From Macrostomum lignano (lineage: Eukaryota): a DNA stretch of 19,336 nt. The position numbers were made by a program, and so were the translations under genes. Location of the stretch: positions 1 through 19,336 of the forward strand of contig NIVC01005235.1 of assembly GCA_002269645.1 (NCBI GenBank). Direction: 5' to 3'. Under the pieces are notes generated by a model, which saw nothing but the letters and a program-made list of their open reading frames with translations, did no database searches and was not told the origin of the DNA. Positions 18,045 to 19,336 of this stretch are shown one piece after another (position 1 is the first letter of the stretch; the number at the start of each line of letters is the position of its first letter).

Positions 18045-19235
18045 TATTACCATAGACATTTGGATTCAAAACATTCATCGCAGAGTATTTTTGTTAATAA
18101 ATAAAGAACAGCAAGGAGTAGCTCGTAAATGAACAAAATAGGCAACAATCAATAAAACTGAAGTACAGCAGCAATACGAAAAGAGTTCATGATAAATTAT
18201 GCCCCAGAGCACTTAATCAGTTTGTAGTCGAAGCTTGACGATGTGATAACCCAAGGTGATGCGTACAGTTCTCAAAGCGGCAGTTCCCAAAGATGCTAGA
18301 CACTTAAGCCTAATGATTTAGCACTGGTTGGTCTCCTCCTTTAGGTGCTAAAGTATAGTTGTCGAACTTGCTAATTGAAAGATGCAAGTCTTGGCTTGCA
18401 GTAACTTGTTCGTCTGATGAGCTTCCTTTGGTATCGGTTATTATTCAAGCGAAGTTCAGACAAAAATTGCAACTCTTACATATTTACACTGTTTTTAAGG
18501 CGTCGACAGGAAGAGGTTTCCAATTAATAAGTGCGGCTGGCAGACGAGACATATCAGGTAGCTTGACAAGACGCATGCAAAATCAGCACTTATCGCAGTT
18601 GTTGTCTATGGTCAAAGTAAGGCAAATCACAGGTTCTATGGTAAAATGTTTAGTGCGAAGCGTGCGGCTTCTATAATTTTAGAGCCTCTAGCCAAGAGCC
18701 TCTTAGCAACCTGGAGTGAAAAAAAGTGTTTGTCTATGTTAGTCTGGCCCACAGACTCTATAAACACTAGATGGCTCACTCTCCATTCCTTCAGTGGAGG
18801 CCAAATTCTCACTGTCTATGGTTGGAATCCCTCGCTCGCGAGACTTCGCTCCCCCCCCCGCGCCAGCAGCTTATAACTAGCGTAGAGCCAGCAAAAATAC
18901 TTTTCTCTCACTGATTCTAGCACACCCAGTTCTTTCTCCTGCAACAACTAGATAGAATTATATATTTGACACTGAACACCTAGGCGAAAACCAACAAGCT
19001 TCTGGTAATGAACTCAAAAATCTGCTGTGCCTTATTGTATGTATACAATAAAGTGCCTTTAAATCTCCTATCTGTCAATGCTTAATGTTTTTGCCTCGAA
19101 AGTGCCGAAATTTCGCTATAAATTTTGATTCAACAAATTCGGAGGCTTCCAGTTTTACCCAGCCACCTCCACAAATGATGGCACCAGGTTGTGAAAATCT
19201 GAAGGCAGTAGGATTTTCCAATCAGAATTTATGCG

Positions 19236-19298
19236 ACAATTATCGGCACTTTAAGAGACTTCTTTACGATATGCCTTTGTTTAAGTGCCGATAATTGT
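19236..19298. repeat. 16-bp perfect inverted repeat ACAATTATCGGCACTT / AAGTGCCGATAATTGT, 31-nt spacer
   Basis: Direct reading; a third degenerate copy AAAGTGCCGAAATTT lies at 19099-19113. Confidence 0.75.
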
Positions 19299-19336
19299 GG
19301 TATAACGTGTGACAAGCAGGTCCTATTGACGTCAGC

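Noticed and set aside
17368-18078. 236-aa minus ORF as an intact gene
   Set aside because: It is a chimera of flank, TIR sequence and two in-frame pieces of the frameshifted transposase.
18359-18876. ORFs of 105 and 76 aa
   Set aside because: Non-ATG starts, no recognisable domain and no convincing splice partners.

Overview
Eukaryotic (metazoan invertebrate) genomic DNA with short GT-AG introns, GC-rich exons and abundant tandem repeats. A free-living flatworm such as Macrostomum is my guess, but it cannot be verified from the sequence. There are three spliced protein-coding genes. Two are tandem minus-strand paralogs encoding secreted CAP/SCP-EGF-EGF proteins with an unrecognised C-terminal domain: copy A (5182-7328) is intact, and copy B (8014-12047) has two 1-nt deletions and three enlarged introns. 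The third is a plus-strand MEIOB ortholog (13522-16099, 3 exons, one 1-nt deletion), flanked and filled by four different tandem repeats. The left 3.8 kb looks like a head-to-tail chain of Helitron-like elements carrying an 18-bp and a 23-bp satellite. The right end holds a perfect 35-bp hairpin and a non-autonomous IS630/Tc1-like element with long TIRs and a truncated transposase. Most long ORFs in the supplied track are translations of repeats. I found no CRISPR array, rRNA or convincing tRNA. All coordinates and counts were made by hand.
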